Positions 21,216 to 35,009 of a stretch of 64,000 nt of DNA are shown one piece after another. The DNA is from Somniosus microcephalus (taxonomy: Eukaryota): positions 254,944,001 through 255,008,000 of the forward strand of contig CM126208.1 in assembly GCA_052327205.1 (NCBI GenBank), given 5' to 3'. Position 1 is the first letter of the stretch. Every line of letters begins with the position of its first letter. A program made the position numbers and the translations under genes. The notes below the pieces were generated by a model. It was not told where the DNA came from. It saw nothing but the letters and a program-made list of their open reading frames with translations, and did not search any database.

Positions 21216-21904
21216 GTAATGTTACGCATGTTGTAGGACCTCACCTGCAGCTGCCATCTGTTCTAGCCTAAGGAGGGGGTCACTGGAGAGCCTGGGTGCA
21301 AGGGCTCTCATTTTTTTTAATTCATTTATTTATTGCACGTCCCTAGTTGCCCTTGAGAAGGTGGTCGTGCGCTGCCTTCTTGAACCGCTGCGGTCTTTTG
21401 GGAGGGGGGGAGGAGGTGAAGGAGAAGCTGGTGCAGGTGTAAAGGCGGTGGGGGTGGAAGAACGTGAACCAGGCCTAACAGAGGGCAGGAGAACGTGATC
21501 TATCTTATCATCTGGATCATGTTCTTGCTCTCATCCACCCACCCCCCCACCCCTACAACCCCTTTCAACCTGGATCACTGTTCTCTCCATGCTCCCCCAC
21601 CCAAAACAAGTTCCTGACCTTCTCTCCCCGAGTTCCTGACTGCCCTCCCGAGCTCCTGACCTTCTCCCCAGTGGAAATAATCACTCTGATAAATTTTGAT
21701 ACAGCTATATAAAATCCACAATAATATTTTTTTCTTCCTCATCAATAATAATAAACTATAATTGTCGTATTCATAGTAAACATACAGGAAAAGTGGCAAT
21801 GACAATTGTACCAATGTTTTTTAACCAGAACAAAAAATAACATATAATAGGAGCATTCAAAAGTAGTTATATCAAGAAAATCAATATTTATTTCTGCCAT
21901 TTAC

Positions 21905-23097
21905 ATAGATACATAGAAGATAGGAGTAGGAGTAGGCCATTCGGCCCCTCGAGCCTGCTCCGCCATTCAATGAGATCATGGCTGATCATCCAAATTCAGT
22001 ACCCAGTCCCTGCTTTCTCCCCATATCCCTTGATCCCTTTAGCCTTAAGAAATATATCTAACTCCATCTTGAATATATTTAATGAATTGGCCTCTGCCTG
22101 TGGTAGAGAATTCCACAGGTTCACCACTCTCTGGGTGAAGAAATTCCTCCTCATCTCTGTCCTAAATGGCTTACCCCTTATCCTTAGACTGTGACCCCTG
22201 GTTCTGGACTCCCCGGCCATCGGGAACATCCTTCCTGCATCTAGTCTGTCTAGTCCTGTTAGAATTTTATAAGTTTCAATGAGATCCCCTCTCATTCTTC
22301 TAAACTCCAGCCCAATCGACCCAATCTCTCCTCATACGTCATTCCTGCCATCCCAGGTATCAGCCTGGTGAATCTTCGCTGCACTCCCTCCATGGCAAGA
22401 ACATCCTTCCTCAGATAAGGCGACCAAAACTGCACACAATACTCAAGGTGTGGTCTCACCAAGGCTCTGTACAACTGCAGCAAGACATCCTTGTTCCTGT
22501 ACTCGATCCCTCGCACTACGAAGGCCAACATACCATTTGCCTTCTGAACCGCCTGCTGCACCTGCATGCTTGCCATTCAGATAATAATCTGCCTTCCTGT
22601 TTTTCACACCAAAGTGGATAACCTCGCATTTATCCACGTTATATTGTATCTGACATGCTTCTGCCCAATCACCCAACCTGTCCAAATCATACTGGAGTTT
22701 CTCGGCATCCTCCTCACAGCACACACGCCCACCCAGCTTTGTGTCATCTGCAAACTTGGAGATATTACATCTAGTTCCCTCGTCTAGATCATTTATATTG
22801 TGAATAGCTGGGGTCCTAGGACCGATCCCTGCGGTACCCCACTAGTCACTGCCTGCCACTCGGAAAAAGACCCGTTTATTCCAACTCTTTGCTTTCTGTC
22901 TGCCAACCAGTTCTCTATCCAAGTTAATACCTTGCCCCCAATCCCATGTGCCTTAACTTTACACACTAATCTCTTATGCGGGACCTTATCGAAAGCCTTT
23001 TGAAAGTCCAAATACACCACATCCACTGGTTCTCCCTTATCTATTTTACCAGTTACATCCTCAAAAAAATTTCAGTAGATTAGTCAAGCACGATTTA
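21905..23097 (-). mobile_element. CR1 LINE, 5' truncated, same subfamily as 62557-64000
   Basis: DVVYLDFQKAFDKVPHKRL..GVPQGSVLGP; RPHLEYCVQFWSP; RNFFTQRVVNLWNSLP. Confidence 0.93.
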
Positions 23098-23919
23098 GTA
23101 ATCTGCTGCCCTTCTTTGCACTACAGCCATTCCCAGTTAAGGGACAGGAGAGTTGAATCACTGATCCCAGGCTCTCAGTTTGGAGCTGTGCTCAGGAGTA
23201 CAGGTTGGAGAATCAGGGATACAACACTGTAGCTACATCGCTGATCCCTGCTTTGGGTGTGCTCCATACCGGGAGTGCAGGATCCGTGAATTTACTCCCA
23301 GGCTCCTGCCAAATACTGCTCCTAATATGAGTGGGGCAAGATGAGGCAACAAGTGTTTTCCTCTCCCTTCCGTGGTGGAAGTGTTCAACCTGAGCTGGGT
23401 CTGACACTTTATTTTGTGGGGAACTGAAGGAGACAGTCCATGTTGCCCTGCACCAATATGGTACATCACAGGGTCATGCCACTTCAACTTTTCTTTTTAA
23501 ATATAGCAAAATATTAAAACTTTTCTTTTTTAAAACTTGCATCGTGGCACCCCTGTGGTCGCTGAAAGGGCTTTTCTTTGAAAGTTATAAAATCAAAAGA
23601 TTTCTCCCCATCATTTTGAATAAGTTTAGCATTTGTGCTACTGAAACAGAATAACTGGTCATTTATCACCCCGTTGTTTATGGAACCTGACTGCACAAAT
23701 CGATTGCTCTGTTTACTTACATAACAACAGTAACTACACCTTAAAAGTAATTTATTAACTGTGACGTGCTTTGGGACATGCTGAGTATTGCTTCCCAACA
23801 TCAATCCTGAACTTGCATTTTACCAGTTTGTATCTTGTCTGCATGTCCTGTGGTTGTGGTTTAACTTGAAATAATGCTCAAGATTTTCCTTTTCTTAGTG
23901 GAATAGAAAAAGTAACAAC

Positions 23920-24220
23920 CAAATTTTATCACAACACCTTTTTCATCTTCAGAGTGTTCCAAAGCATTTCGGGGTTAATAAATTACTTTTAAGGTGTAGT
24001 TACTGCTATGTAAGTAAACAGAGCTATTGATTTGTGCACAGCAAGCTCCCATAAACAGTGGTGTGGTAAATGACCAGTTAATCTAATTTAGTGGTGTTAG
24101 TGGAGGGATAACTTTTGCCCAGGACACTGGAAGATCGCCCCTGTGCTTCATCGAACAGTGCCATGGCATCTTTTATATCCACCTGAACAGGCAGATGTGG
24201 CCTTGATTTAATGTCCCATC
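23920..24220 (-). mobile_element. Deu-domain SINE (SacSINE1-like), degenerate
   Basis: Reverse-complement similarity to 39353-39800. Confidence 0.7.
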
Positions 24221-24282
24221 CTATATACCTCTATAACAAGTTCCCCTCTAATTCATTTCCTTTTAAGGCTGAAGACTCCAAG

Positions 24283-25210
24283 AGGGGGGATTTTAACTTA
24301 AAACAACGGGTGGGTTTGGAACGTGGGGGTAATTAAATTGTTAAAATTGGATTCCCAACCTGAACACTTGCGGTTTTAACGGAGGTGGGACGGGAAGCAG
24401 GGCTTGGGCGGGAGGTCAACCCGCTGCCAGGAGGCAGGGCGGCAATTTAAATATTACAATGAGACTGGCCGCCTCTTTTTAACCTCTGTCTTGTTTTTAA
24501 CTGCATCTGGACGGGTTTCCCGACAGTTACGGCAACACAGGAACTGCTGCATCCAGGAGGCAAGTGCCTTTATACCAACCTCCTGGATGCAGGGTCCCTG
24601 CCTAACCCATCCCCTGCAATCGGAAACCCCCTCACGAGGCCTCCGATCACCTTCCCGGACTCTGGCACCCCCCCACGATCATCCTGAGGCCGGCCACGAT
24701 CCTCTGGTGGCCGGCCCCGATCTCCACCTCCACCCCCTTGACATCCCCAATCTTCTCCCCCCGCCCCTCCCCCAGTCCCACGATGTCGGCAACCTACCAT
24801 CCTGCCCGCACCCCCCCCCCCCCCACCCCAGTCCTATGATGTCCCCGATCTTCTCCCCACCCCACCCCACTCTGGTCCTACGATGTCGGTGAACTTCTCC
24901 CCCCCCGGTCACACGTTGTCGGCGATTTTTTCAGCGACCCCGCCCCGCACCCTCCGGAGGCTGGCACCGGCCCCCACCCAATCCCTCCCTCCCTCCTCTG
25001 TGCAGTCTAGTGCCACAGGCCTACCCACCCTGCCCGCAGCCAGCCAGTCTCTCCATTTGGCTGGCTGCAGGCAGGAAACCGAGGCCTCGTATGCAAATCA
25101 GGCCCTGCTGTTAAAGTCGGCAGGGCCTACAGGAAATCCGGCCTCCCGGGTTTCCCGACCACCTCGGTGACCCCCCGCCCCCAACCTACCTTCCCCATTA
25201 AAATTCAGCC
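24283..25210. mobile_element. Harbinger-like MITE family C copy 1
   Basis: Ends gggggattttaa...ttaaaattcagcc; internal homology to 27391-27946; C-rich degenerate repeats. Confidence 0.65.
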
Positions 25211-27390
25211 ACAAGTCGTTTCTAATCTTTCCTCATAACTCACTCCCCTGGCGCTCAGCATCAGCCTCGTGGCCCTCCCCTGCACCATTTCCTAAGCCTT
25301 GGATGTTTCTGTTGTGCCTCGGTGATCAGAGCTGAAGGCATTGTGCAAGGCACGGCCTGACCAGAGCAAGATACAACGTCAGCAGGATGGCCACAGTCTT
25401 ATTCTACTGGTGCAGCTCAGCATTCTGTTTGCTTTGTAATGTGCTGCTCTTCAATTACTGGACACAGTCAGAGTGGAGTCTGCTATCATTCAGATCTTCC
25501 CAGCTCATGGATCAACTGCAGTGGAGATATCATATGAGGGAAGACCCATTCACAAGCTTCTACCAGTGCCATTCTTTGCTGGCTATTGGCAGCCAATTTT
25601 TCCTCCATACAGAAATGTACCTGAAGATTGAATTTGGATGATCAGCCATGATCTCATTAAATGGCGGAGCAGGCTTGAGGGGCCGAATGGCCTACTCCTG
25701 CTCCTATCTTCTATGTTTCTATGTAAGATTGGGAATTCTGCGGAGTGAAGGGATCAAACTCCTATCAATCTCCTGTCAATCCACAACAATGTACGTCACT
25801 AATCCAACATGTTCTGCTACCTCAGGGACTGCAGGATTCTATATTTTGGCATCACACTGATTAGAGTTAATATTTTCCTAGTTCTAGTACAGAACCAGAA
25901 TTAGTTTCACAAGATGAGGACAGTCACAGGAAATCTGCGTGATAATTAAATATTAGGGGGATTTTAACATTGTTCCTTGAATGCAAGTTCTTTTATAAAA
26001 AGCAGATTGTAAAATAGGTTAATGCAGCAAGGCCCTGTGTGCACTACAGCTGAAAAATACCTATTTGTGTTCACTTCTGATACGCTGCGTCAAAAAAAAC
26101 TCAGCTATCTTTCCTCCCAGCTTGGTTTAATTCATTCATATTTACAAGTAGACTTGTACACACGTTTTGTTTACAAAGCGTTTGGAAAGAATTTGTATTG
26201 CCGCTATAAACTAGCAATAGCATGCACTTGCCTCCACTCCTATGCAGCAACTTGGTTTTCCCCAAAGGGACTGAGTAGCACAGTGGTTTAGTCAATTCGC
26301 CTCCGGAACCTGGATTTCAATCCAACCCAGACTGAGGAGGGGCGAAAGTCTCCTTGCCGCTTCTTGTGTAAGCCAGTCTTACAAGTCTCCAGCCATTTTT
26401 ATGCTGGTGCTATTTCAGTTCAGATTCAAAGAGACCTGCATCTGTGAACCAGCTTGTGGTGTTTTCATTGCTAGATCTAGCTTCCTTGCTCTGGTGGCAG
26501 ACTGACAGGCCCATGAGAACCTGGGTCTACGAGTCTGCCACCAGGACGAGGCTGCTGGATTTAGCTGGTCCATGGACGGTGACTCCCAGAACCCAAATGG
26601 AGCAGCACCAGTTCCTAGTCAGCACAACTCCACAGTGCAAATTGCTCATAATTCGATGTTAATTATAATTCGCCCGCAGAGAAGAACTGTTGGCATGGGA
26701 AACAGAAGTGTCACGCTGGTACACAGTACGGGGGCTCTTCCAAGGTTAGGTCTAAGACACATTGTCGAGGCAGATGAGGGCGAGCTTTACTCTGGATATA
26801 GTCTGCGCTAAGCCTGATTCGGCAGTGCTTGATGCGGATAGTTGATGCAAAAAGTAGAAACACATTCCATTCTCAGCGTTCCTCACCCTCACAAGCAGAG
26901 AAATTCACCAACTATTGTGACAAAAATTAATTAAAAAACTATTATTACATTTCTGTTGGGCTGAATGGCTTGTTTCTGTGCTGTAAATTGGGTGTAATTT
27001 AGATTTCTCGGGGAGGAGAGTATCAGTGACCAAGACTCCTCATTTTTACTAATTTAACTAGCAATGCCAAAGACCTAAGTAGATAAGTCATTTAATGCAG
27101 AATTACCCACATTCACTTCAGAGAAGTGGATTTTAGTCAACGATATTGACTTGTCAAAGGTTTCAGTAGACTCCTGAAAATATTAGATAGGAATCGCAAA
27201 AACTCAAGCAACAGGTTCAGTTTCTTGGGTAGCTTTGGCCTCAAGAACCTCAAGTTTTTTTGGTTAACTGGTTGGGTATTGACTTTTTTAATTAAGTCAT
27301 TCATTTCGCATGAAATTTTTTAAGTGTTCATCACAGACGAAAGTTGTACTAACAACACCACAGCAGGAAAATAGTGCAAATCCACATATA

Positions 27391-27946
27391 GGGGAGAATT
27401 TTAACCCCAGAAAAGGGTAGGTTGGGGTCATGTGGGAAGTTAAAATGTTACAAATCTGAATCCCGACGAGAACCCGCCTCCAACCTGCCCACTTCTGGTT
27501 TTAATGGAGGTGGGATGGGGGGGGGGGGAAGAGAGTGGGCGGGCAGCCAACCCGCTTTGGGAGGCGGGCCGCCCATTTAAGTATAATGATGAATCTGCCA
27601 TGCCTCAGATTTAACCACCATTTTAAATTTAACTGTAGCTGGTCGGGTTTTGCATGCCTCGTGAAACCCGCCAGCTAATGGAAGATGATGACTGCTGGAT
27701 CCAGGAGATAAGTGCCTTTACACTTACCTCCTGGATCCAACGTCCCTGCCTAACCCGCCTAACCCACCCCCCCACCGCGATCGGAGACCACCCCCCCACA
27801 AGGCCTCCGATTCCCCCTCCTACAAGGCCTCCGATCCCCCTCACGAGGCCTCCCCCACCTCATGCATCTCCAGCCCTCCGACGTCATCTGCCTGCCACCA
27901 CCCCACTCCCCTCACCCCACTCCGCCAAACTGTTAAAATTCAGGCC
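27391..27946. mobile_element. Harbinger-like MITE family C copy 2
   Basis: TIR ggggagaattttaac...gttaaaattcaggcc; TSD ata/ata. Confidence 0.7.
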
Positions 27947-28609
27947 ATAGTTTCATACTTTCCTGGAAAATGTATTTGTATGCCAGTAATAGTGTGCACG
28001 GAAAAGAATTAACCCATCACATGTTGACAGTTGGGAATTAATTTACCCTTAAAATGTGCTAAAAATAATTCCCTAAGCCATTGGTTATAAACAGGTGGCT
28101 ATGACCGAAATATATTAACAAAAAGTTTATGGTAGTTTCACAGTTATTATTAGCCAGTTTAATTACGGAGCTAAAAACAGTATTCTTGCACAACACAATA
28201 TGGAGTGGTTGTAAAAAATATTTGTAATTTATTGCAGATTATAGAAAGACAGACGGAAAGAGAGAGAAAGAAAAAGGAAATAATAATAATTTGTATTTCT
28301 ATAGCGCCTTTCATGACCTCAGAACATCCCAAAGCATTTTACAACCAATAAAGTACTTTTGAAGTGTAGTCACTGTTGTAATGTAGGGAAATAATGTAAT
28401 AACATTTCAGCCCTTAATGTTTTAGTATGGGTGTCATCACACACCAACAATATGTAGGATACTTTCTGTCTGCATTTACACAGGCAGCTGCTACTAATAC
28501 AAATGTGGACCCAAAACTGCATCATATATTTCACAATCAAAATAAATCCATAATATTACTTAAAATTAAGGCGGGAGAGTGAGGACAGAGAACATACATT
28601 TAAGAAAGA

Positions 28610-28980
28610 ATGAACACTTTCATACAGCGCCTTTCATTACTTCACATCCCAAAGCACTTCACAGCCAATGATGTACTTTTGAAGTGTAGTCACAGGAAAC
28701 GCAGCAACCAATTTGGGCACAGCAAGCTCCCACAATCAGCGATGAGATAAATGATCAGATAATCTGGTCAGTGATGTTGGTGGAAGGATAAATATTGACC
28801 AGTTAGAACTCCCCTGCTCTTCGTCAAGTAGTGCCACGGGATCTTTTACATCCACCTGAGAGGGCAGATGAGGTATTGGTTTAATGTCTCATTTGAAAGG
28901 CGTCACATTAAAGATTGCAGCACTCCCTCAGTACATGCCAAAGTGTCAGCCAGATTGTGTGTTTAAGTCTTGGATTGCTA
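28610..28980 (-). mobile_element. Deu-domain SINE (SacSINE1-like)
   Basis: cacagcaagctcccaca...ggatcttttacatccacctgagagggcag...gcactccctcagtac. Confidence 0.75.
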
Positions 28981-29093
28981 CCACTAATTGGCGAAAGTAA
29001 AATTTAAAACAGATATTGGGAAGACCTTCTTTACTGACTGATGTTTCATGTTTGGAATAACTTGCCAGGCATGGTAGTAAAGACAAAAACATT

Positions 29094-29843
29094 GGCCCAG
29101 AATTTGTAGCTGTAATGACAGCGAAACTGTCAGCGCTCGTTGTCATTACGGTGTAAAACTGAACTTCTGGCGTCTGCAATATGCGCAGTTAAACGCAGCA
29201 ATCTGGAGATTGCTGTCATTGATACCCTGCTCCTCCACAGGGCGCCGTCTTCATAGATGCAATCAACACAGAATCAGTGATTTGACGTGAACTTCAACTT
29301 TTTACACGCTGTAAAAACCATTGAAAAAGTTAAGCTTTGTTGAATGAGGTGTAACTCCATTTTTAACAACTTACTAAGTCATAATTACTTCTGAACAAAC
29401 TCTCTGGCCCTGAAAAACTAATTTTATAAGTCTGGGGTGTCATTCCCTCCATTCCATGATAAAAATTCCATAGATTTTTAAAATAATAATTATTTTTTAT
29501 TTTATTTTTTAAAGTTTGTTTACGATTTTACCTTAATCCCATGTGTACGTCCAAATCTTTATTTTGCTTTCCGTAAAATGATTAAAAATGAATGATAAAT
29601 CAGTGCTATTTACTTCGTGGTTTGCTGTCTGTTAGAATTATTCAATCTGATTGGCTGCTCAGTCTGCTTGATGACATGACTATTGCTGGACGCCACAGAT
29701 CCCCTACAGATGGTGCCAGATGGAAAGTCACATCGGAATAAGGGGAAATCGATGCCACAGAGCCCACTAAACCTTTGTGGGCAGCTTTCTTAGAGGTCAG
29801 CGGCGAATGCCTTCCCTTCGCCGCTGACCGCAAAATCCAAGCC
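29094..29843. mobile_element. Harbinger-like MITE family B copy 2
   Basis: TIR ggcccagaatttg...caaaatccaagcc; TSD att/att. Confidence 0.8.
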
Positions 29844-30229
29844 ATTATGGATGTTTATAATGTAGCTGGGTATTATAATGGGAAAGTTACAATACTAAAG
29901 GAATGAGCTTCTATGGGGTGAATGGCTTTTTTTTGTTGCACTTTTTTATATTTACCATGGTTTCTTCCCAAGTCCTGGATAGACATGCCATCCTCTGCTG
30001 TTGCTACTTACTGACCTCCTACCCATAATGCTCCAATTGTAGGACTGACATTTACCCTCCCATTGCCCCTCCAGTCTCTTACACTCTATTACTGGTCTCA
30101 CAACTGGAATGGTGATGACTGCTTTATTCAGATTTATTATAGAAATACCAGTATTCTGGACTCATTTCAAGGCTGCGGTCTGAGATTCAAGTGGCATTTA
30201 TCAATCTCAAGTTCTGCGTTTACAGTCTG

Positions 30230-31450
30230 CAATACAACTTGATTTATACAACATGCCTAAATGTAATAAAACATCCCAAACTGTTTCCCAAAGCCAAAAA
30301 CAAACAGAGGGGAGAAGAGTTAGAGGAAGCCAGTGAAGATATAGTCAAAGGGATAAATTTTCAGGAAGATTGTGAAGGAGGGGAGAGGGGTACCTGAAAA
30401 GAGAATTCCACAATGTGGTGTCAAGATAGTGGAAGGCTCCAAGGCAGAGTGAGGGGTGAAAAGGAGGTGAAAGTCACAAGAAAAGAGGATGCTGCTGGGA
30501 GGTACAGCTGAAGGAGGTTGTAGAGATGGAGGAAGAAGCCATGGAGGGATTTCTAGATGAGGACAAGCATTTTCAATATGATGTGTGTGTAACAAGAAAT
30601 AGGAGCAGGAGTAGGTCATTTAGCCCCTCGAGCCTGCTCCGCCATGGATGATCTTCTACCTCAACTCCACTTTCCTGCACTATCCCCATATTCCTTGATT
30701 CCCTTAATAGCCAAGTATCTATCGCTCTCTGTCTTGAATATACTCAATGGCTGAGCCTCCACAGCCCTCTGGGGTAGAGAATTCCAAAGATTCACAGCCC
30801 TTTGAGTGAAGAAATTTCTCCTCATCTCAGTCCTAAATGGCCGACCCCTTATTCTGAGACTGTGACCCCTGGTTCTTGACTCCCCAGCCAGGGGAAACAT
30901 CCTCCCTGCATCTACCCTGTCAAGCCCTGTAAGAATTGTGTATGTTTCAATGAGATCACCTCTCATTCTTCTAAACTCTAGAGAATATAGGCCTAGTCTA
31001 CTCAATCTCTCCTCATAGGACAATCCCCCCATCCCAGGAACTAGTCTGGTGAACCTTCGTTGCACTCCCTCTAATGGAGAGCCAAATGGAGGTTGCTGAG
31101 CATGGGCAGCAGTTTTTTGGATGAGTTCCAGTTTATACAACATGGAATCCAAGGGGCCAGCAAGGAAAGTGTTGTAATCAAGCCTGGTGGTGCCGCAGGG
31201 GGTGTGGCTGAGGTCTCCAGCGGCCGCGGGGTGAAGAAGGTGTGGAAGTGGCCTTAGTGATGGTTAGGATGTACCATTTGATGCTTATCAGTGGATCTAT
31301 GTGGACAGTGGTGGGGGGCCTAGGATGTGGAGATTTTAGCAGCAGTCGAACAGGATGAAGAAAGTTCTCACTCATCCACAACTCGATGTCTGATAAGCAG
31401 TGGGACAGGATAGTGGTGGTCATGGAGTTATCTGACTGTGTTTCCATCAC
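30230..31450 (-). mobile_element. Old L2 fragment with a nested CR1 3' end (about 30590-31073)
   Basis: L2-like LSHCLSDIELWMSENFL and LYKLELIQKTAAH; CR1 VQRRFTRLVPGMGGLSYEERL..RNFFTQRAVNLWNSLP. Confidence 0.8.
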
Positions 31451-32236
31451 TCCAAATATCCATTATTCTCTGTCTAGCAGCAGGGAATAACTTTTTGACC
31501 AATGTTATCTTGAGTGTTCTCTGACATTACACCTGGTAATTGGCTCCCGTTAGACAACACGTGAAACAGTACCACCAAAATCAGCATTGAACATTTCGCC
31601 TTAATATTGAAAAAAATCAGACTGAAGTGCAAAACAGTTGATGATGGGGCAAATCATTTGTGAGCACTTTGCTCCAGAATAGCCAACGTGTGTTTTCCTC
31701 CCCGCCCCCCCCCAAAAAATTATTTTGATGACAGTTTCTAAACAATCGCTGTGTTAAATACAAGGGGAGAGGGGAGAAATCAGCAAGTTGCGCCAGATCA
31801 GTAAGTGATGTCGAGAAATTGAAAATACGACCACAGTTTCAGCATGACAAATGAAAAACAGGAAATTAAGCGTGTATATCGGGTTCAGCGCTGTCACAAG
31901 AATACATACGCAAGCACGTGGATATGCTCGATTCATTTCTCTGCAGGGGTGGTGTTTTGTGCCTCTTTACAACACAATTCTGGGATTTAACCTGAGCTAC
32001 TTTGCAACATGACCACTATCTCTAACCTTACTCAACGTGTTTGTTTACTCCATTACTCCCTATCTTCCTCACAACAAGACGTAAATAGCACAGAGACACA
32101 TAGGACTGTGATCATTAGAGAGATTTGGTGTAGGACCAGCCCACTGATCCAACAAAAAAAAACATCAGTCAAGCTGCAACCAACAGCGCCAATATCGATC
32201 GGTCTCCCCAAAGCGGCGCAAGCGACCTGTACAAAC

Positions 32237-32330
32237 CTCCTGCGGCGGTGCTGGAGGCGGCATCCCGCTGGTTAAACTCGAAGAGAAAGCCGAAGTCAAA
32301 CTCTTCCTCGTCTTCGCAGAGGGAAGTCAT
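32237..32330 (-). CDS. NFATC1: NFATC1 alternative first coding exon beta (P2), 94 nt, phase 1
   Basis: MTSLCEDEEEFDFGFLFEFNQRDAASSTAAG matches mammalian NFATc1-beta MTGLEDQEFDFEFLFEFNQRD; donor GAG|gtttgt; phase fits the 19029 acceptor. Confidence 0.95.
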
Positions 32331-32640
32331 GGGTGCGGGGTGGCGATCGTTCGCTCGCCCCAAGACACAGCGGCGGCGGCGGACTGGGCAGCGCTCAGCT
32401 CAGCTTCTCCGTGCGACACGCTGCATCCAGGAAACTCGGCATCAAGATCAGAAAAACCAAACTCCCCCACTTTCTTCACTCTTCAGAGTGTGAGGAAAGG
32501 GCGACCGACCTCTTCTGGATAGGCATCCAATTGCTGCCGTTGGTTTTTTTTTTGCTACCGTTAACGTTTTTCCTGCGTATTTCGGCGGGTTAGTTTCCTC
32601 CGAAATCGCACTCACTCGGTTTCCGGGTATCAAGAGAGGT
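32331..32640 (-). promoter_or_regulatory. CpG-rich 5'UTR / P2 promoter of NFATC1
   Basis: High CpG density, repeat-free, directly upstream of exon beta, several GGAAA cores. Confidence 0.65.
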
Positions 32641-32959
32641 GCAACATAGTTGGTGTGTTACTTTCTCCGAATTTACGTTAGATGTTGTAGGGAGTAGTCC
32701 TTAATCATCTGTTTTTTTTCCCCACAAAAAGTAAATCTCTATAGAATATATGATGTTAATCTTTGGGGTTGTAGTTTTAATAAACTGAAACAAGGGTGTC
32801 ACGTTTTAATACCATTACATAGAAACACGACCTGATAGGTTCCAATATGAAAATTAATCATGTCTGATTAATGCTTAGTTTACATAATTTTGCAAGTCGG
32901 GGGATATCTATTAAACACAAAAAAAACTTTCATGTGTTCCAGTTTAATTTCATTGTCGT

Positions 32960-33390
32960 TTTAAGCCATATATCACCCTTTCCCTGCCCCTGTACTTGAT
33001 TAAAACCTGTTACATCTCTAACTATTTCCAGTTCTGATGGCAGGTCATCGACCTGAAACGTTGGCCGGAATTTTCTGAGGTAACAGCGGGTGGGTTGGGG
33101 GGTGGGGGAGAGAGAGGGGGGGGGGGGGGGTAGTGAAAGTTGCAAAAATGTGAATCCCAACCCTCTCACTTTCACCTTTCACTCAGGTGAGCTGCCAACC
33201 CGCTGCCAGGAGGCGGGTTAACAATTTATTTAAATACTATAATGAGACCTGACGCTTCTACTTTAACCTGCCCTGTATACCATTTCCCGGGTCCCCCCCA
33301 CCCCGCGAGTGGGACCTGGGAAAATCCAAATTCTCTCTCCACAGATGCTGACTGACCTGCTGAGTGTTTCCAGCATTTTCTGTTTTTATT
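32960..33390 (+). mobile_element. Penelope-like 3' tail interrupted by a family C-like MITE remnant (about 33063-33330)
   Basis: ggtcatcgacctgaaacgtt|...|ttctctctccacagatgctgactgacctgctgagtgtttccagcattttctg matches 59279-59360. Confidence 0.6.
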
Positions 33391-33734
33391 AATTTCAAGA
33401 AGTGTTTTACACTTTAACTGCAGACAGTTTGTACAGATCCCAACTTTACACCCGAAAGTCAAATCCCCGCGATAAACCAAGAATTGAGAGATTTAAGCTG
33501 CCTACATGGCTAATAAAGATTGCAACACACTCCATTACTATTTCAGTTTTTGAGTATTCTCTGCACTGAAACTGCATTTGTAGTAATATCGTAATGTATT
33601 AGGCAGAAGATCGTTCCTCCAACTAGCTTATTCTCCAAACCTCCCATCAGGTTCCTTACTCGAACTAATAGCCCTGTATCCAATTTACTAACAGGAATCC
33701 ATCCAGTCACTTTTTCTTTTTAAAAACTGCCAAT

Positions 33735-34990
33735 GTTTTTGTTTGTTCTCTGGATGTGGGCAACGCTGACAAGACCACGTTTATTGCCCATCCCTAGTTG
33801 GTCTAAGAAGATGGCGGTGGCCTTCTCCGTGAACCGCTGCTGTTCTTGTGGTGACCGTCCTCTCACAAGGATGTTGGTTAGGGAATTCCAGGATATTGAC
33901 TCGGCCACAATGAAGTGATCTATGTGCAAGTCAGATTAGCGTGTGACTTGGAAGGGAACTTGCATGTGAAGTATTCCCAAGACATTGCTTGTCCTTCTTG
34001 ATGGTAGAGATTGCAGGGTAGGGAGGTGCTGCTGCAGTAACCTTAGTGAGGTGCTACGATGCATCCTGTAAATTATACACACTGCAGCCGCAGTGTGCTG
34101 GTGCTGGATACACTGGCGGGGGTATCGATCAAGCAAACTGCTCTATCCTGGATGGTGTCGAGCTTCATGAGTTTTGTTGCAGCTGCACCCATTCAGATAA
34201 GTGGTGAGTATTCCATCACATGCCTGACTTGCGTCTTATATAGATAGTGGAGAGGCTGCAAGGGGTCAGTAGGTGAACCACTCATCGCAGGCTACCTTGC
34301 TCTTGTAGCCACAGTGTTGATAATGGCTGGTCCATTTACATTTCTGGCTAATGGTGACCTCCAAGATGATGATGGTGGGAGAATTTGGTGATGGTGGTGC
34401 CATTAAAGCTTGGGTGAGATGGCTGGGCTGTTTCTTGTTAGAAATGGTTATTACCTGTCGCAAATGTTGCCTGCCACTTGTCAGCCCAAGCCTGGATATT
34501 ATCCAGATTCTACTGTAGGCTGGCATGAGCGGCTTCATTTTATTAGAGTAGTTGTGGATGGAGCTGAACACTGGAATTCAGTGCACAGCTCCAGTCCTGA
34601 GCTTATCGTGAGGAAAGGTTATTGATGAAGCAGCTGAAGATGGTTGGGCCAAAGACACTTACATGAGGAACCCTTGCAGTGATGTTATAGCCCTGTGATA
34701 ATTAGCCTCCAACAAACATAACCATCTTGCTTTGTGATAATTAGACTCCAACAAACATAACCATCTTGTGTTGTGTCAGGTATGACTCTAGCCATTAGAA
34801 GGTTTTCCCTTTGACTCCCATTGACATCTGTTTTGCTAGAGCTCCTTGGTACTATGTTCAGTTGCATGCTGCCTTGACATTGAGGGCATTTACTCTCACC
34901 TCTCCTCTGGCATTCAGCTCTTGCACCCATGTCTGGATCAAGACTATGATGAGATCAGGAGCTGAGTGGTTCTGGAGCAACCTGAACTGT
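33735..34990 (-). mobile_element. Degenerate LINE (CR1/L2 group) 3' region
   Basis: Same tail as 7360-7655 in reverse; remnant RT C-terminal words (QQNLDNIQAW-like, AAVCIIYRMH). Confidence 0.7.
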
Positions 34991-35009
34991 AGATGTTCTA
35001 TTCTACCAC

